64,000 bases of DNA from Macrostomum hystrix (lineage: Eukaryota; Animalia; Platyhelminthes), in contig CATNEN010000007.1 of assembly GCA_950097015.1 (NCBI GenBank), positions 1,674,001 to 1,738,000 of the forward strand. Reading direction: 5' to 3'. Every line of letters starts with the position of its first letter. Within the stretch, counting starts at the first letter, position 1. A program made the translations under genes and the position numbers. Positions 61,705 to 64,000 of this stretch are shown in pieces. The notes beneath the pieces are model-generated. The model did no database searches, had not been told where the DNA came from, and saw only the letters and a list, made by a program, of their open reading frames with translations.

Positions 61705-62250
61705 ACTTATCACTCCAACCTCGATTGAGTCACTCCAACCTCGATTGAGTCACTCCAACCTCGATTGAGTCACTCCGACCTCGATTGAGTCACTCCAGTG
61801 CTGATGAGCCACTCCAACCTCGATTGAGTCACTCCAACCTCGATTGAGTCACTCCGACCTCGATTGAGTCACTCCAGTGCTGATGAGCCACTCCAACCTC
61901 GATTGAGTCACTCCAACCTCGATTGAGTCACTCCGACCTCGATTGAGTCACTCCGACCTCGATTGAGTCACTCCAGTGCTGATGAGCCACTCCAGCCTTG
62001 ATTGAGTCACTCCAACGTCGATTGAGTTACTCCAACCTCGATTGAGTCACTCCAACCTCGATTGAGTCACTCCAGTGCTGATGAGTCACTCTAACCTCGA
62101 TTGAGTCACTCCAGTGCTGATGAGTCCCTCTAACCTTGATTGAGTCACTCCAACCTTGATTGAGTCACTGCAACTTCGATTGAGTCACTCCAACCTTGAT
62201 TGAGTCACTTGAACTTCGATTGAGTCACTTCAACTTCGATTGAGTCACTC
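61705..62250. repeat. 20-bp minisatellite (CACTCCAACCTCGATTGAGT)
   Basis: Tandem copies upstream of MRPS16. Confidence 0.95.
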
Positions 62251-62416
62251 CAATGCTGTTTAGTAAAAAACAATTTTTGTCGACTGCATCACGAAAAAAA
62301 TGTTTTATTTTGAATTTCAGCGCGATCATCTCCTACTACTTACTCATTTGGCTATATAAGTAGCGTTATCAGCATTTACGCGTTTTTTGTACGAAGAGCA
62401 AGAGAAACCTAATAGA

Positions 62417-62821
62417 ATGCGCGGCTGGCGTACCATTCCGGCGTTGAAAGGCTACCGAGTGGCAATGATGTACCCCAAGAAGCCCAGTCCGCGCCTGACC
62501 ATCTCCATGGTGCAGGAGGGCTGCACAAATAGGCCATTCTTTACTATTCAGGCCCGCAATAACCTGCAGGCCGCCAATGAGTCGGGTCTGGAACAGTTGG
62601 GCAGCTGGGATCCTCTGGTCAACACCCACGGCGAACAATTGGTGGGCGTCAATATTGGCCGCCTCATACACTGGATGGCCCACGGTGCCACGCCTTCCCT
62701 GGGTGTGGCCAAACTGTTCGGCCTGGTTGGCGCTCTGCCAGTTCATCCCAGCTCCGAGTTAGAGGCTGTGCGACTGACCAAGACTCTGAGAAGCAAGGCT
62801 AGCGCTGCGCAGGAGGAATAA
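62417..62821 (+). CDS. MRPS16: Mitochondrial ribosomal protein S16 (bS16m)
   Basis: Single exon, 134 aa: LTISMVQEGCTNRPFFTI..EQLGSWDPLVNTHGEQLVGVNIGRLIHWMAHGA..KLFGLVGALPVHP. Confidence 0.93.
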   Translation: MRGWRTIPALKGYRVAMMYPKKPSPRLTISMVQEGCTNRPFFTIQARNNLQAANESGLEQLGSWDPLVNTHGEQLVGVNIGRLIHWMAHGATPSLGVAKLFGLVGALPVHPSSELEAVRLTKTLRSKASAAQEE

Positions 62822-62864
62822 ACTGCCTCATATGCGACTTCTGATCTGGTTTATCGGCGCACTC

Positions 62865-63250
62865 CTGTCCTGTCCTGTCCTGTCCTGACCTGTCCTGTCT
62901 TATCATGTCCTGTCCTGTCTTATCATGTCCTGTCCTGACCTGTCTTATCATGTCCTGTCCTGACCTGTCCTGTCCTGACCTGTCCTGTCCTGTCCTGTCC
63001 TGACCTGTCCTGTCCTGTCCTGACCTGTCCTGTCCTGTCCTGACCTGTCCTGTCCTGTCCTGTCCTGTCCTGTCCTGACCTGTCTTATCATGTCCTGTCC
63101 TGACCTGTCCTGTCCTGACCTGTCCTGTCCTGTCCTGACCTGTCCTGTCCTGTCCTGTCCTGACCTGTCCTGTCCTGTCCTGTCCTGTCCTGACCTGTCC
63201 TGTCTTATCATGTCCTGTCCTGTCCTGTCTTATCCAGTCCTGTCCTGACC
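62865..63250. repeat. (TGTCC)n microsatellite with TGACC/TTATCA interruptions
   Basis: 5-bp periodicity. Confidence 0.96.
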
Positions 63251-63469
63251 ATATTTCTGTCCACCAAGTCGTATGGGTCTGTTAATCAGTGTATATTATT
63301 TTTCTTCATTAAAGCCGAAATAGATTGAAGGTGAAACGATCACTAGTTAACTTGTTCGTTAGTCTATTGAATTTTTTGTCTCTTTTTTTCGTCCTCTTAT
63401 ACGAATTCTCGGTTCTGGAACAGTTTCTGTGCGTTGCAAACTGTCTGCACCGTGTAATAAGAATATTGA

Positions 63470-63760
63470 CGGGGGTGCTTTGGGCACTGTCACATCATTT
63501 GGCGACATTCGACCTGCAGTCAGCGAGGAGGCAGTTCTGCCCGTTCCGCTGACTCCTGAGCATACGCTCACACAGATGTGTACATCTGCCCTGACTTTCT
63601 CATCGTCAGGCAGTGTACACTCTCACTCTGCCTTGGAGGTTGGCCCTCAATGGGACGTAAATTGCACGACAAGCGCCCAAGGCTTTTCTCCGCTGCGAAA
63701 TGTGGCCTCCTTAATAGAAAGAACCCCTCTTGGAAGTACTATTGTGAATGCTTGGCTCGG
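63470..63760 (-). mobile_element. SINE family 2 copy
   Basis: Shares CATCTGCCCTGACTTTCTCATCGTCAGGCAGTGTACACTCTCAC..GGAGGTTGGCCCTCAA with the 41.8-kb and 42.7-kb copies; the head boundary is approximate. Confidence 0.75.
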
Positions 63761-63886
63761 CGAAGTGCCTACCGCCTGTAGATCGTTTAGAACTATCGCC
63801 TGAATAACTTGTGATGTACCCAGCATACTACTAATAAACTACTTGAGGTTATTTGAAACTTCAATAATATCCCCGCAGCAGGCGAG

Positions 63887-64000
63887 ATGGACAAGCAGAA
63901 ATGCCCGGAATGCAAGGCCACCAAGTACACCAACCCCAGCCTGAAGATGATGGTGAACTCATGCGGCCACGCTCTGTGCGAGAACTGTGTGGACATCCTG
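63887..64000 (+). CDS. MNAT1: CDK-activating kinase assembly factor MAT1 (N-terminal RING; partial)
   Basis: Manual translation [38 protein letters not shown] matches the MAT1 RING start; it runs off the window end. Confidence 0.95.
   Translation, partial: MDKQKCPECKATKYTNPSLKMMVNSCGHALCENCVDIL

Overview
Eukaryotic genomic DNA: intron-containing genes with GC-rich exons, AT-rich spacers and many minisatellites. The style suggests a flatworm such as Macrostomum (inference, not verified). Nine recognisable protein-coding genes were reconstructed, by GT-AG splice-phase matching where multi-exon: AF4/FMR2 (lilliputian-like, partial), alpha-SNAP, a UBZ4 zinc-finger protein, a classical calpain, diacylglycerol lipase alpha, a degenerate arginyl-tRNA-synthetase-like protein, a MYND-finger protein, MRPS16 and the start of MNAT1. 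There is also a candidate two-exon 96-aa membrane microprotein that the ORF track misses. Mobile DNA: a Gypsy LTR element (8039-17509, TSD GGGAT) with a BEL/Pao element nested in its gag (8333-14645, TSD CACGC), an RTE-type LINE fragment, tRNA-derived SINEs, a hAT MITE, a long-TIR element and Merlin-like transposase remnants. About 17 tandem arrays are present, up to 5.3 kb. Best leads: the HIGH-less ArgRS-like pseudo-enzyme, a long ORF with no usable ATG that would be in frame with a trans-spliced leader AUG, the hidden microprotein, and introns built of tandem 5' splice-site motifs. All family assignments come from remembered motifs and need database confirmation.
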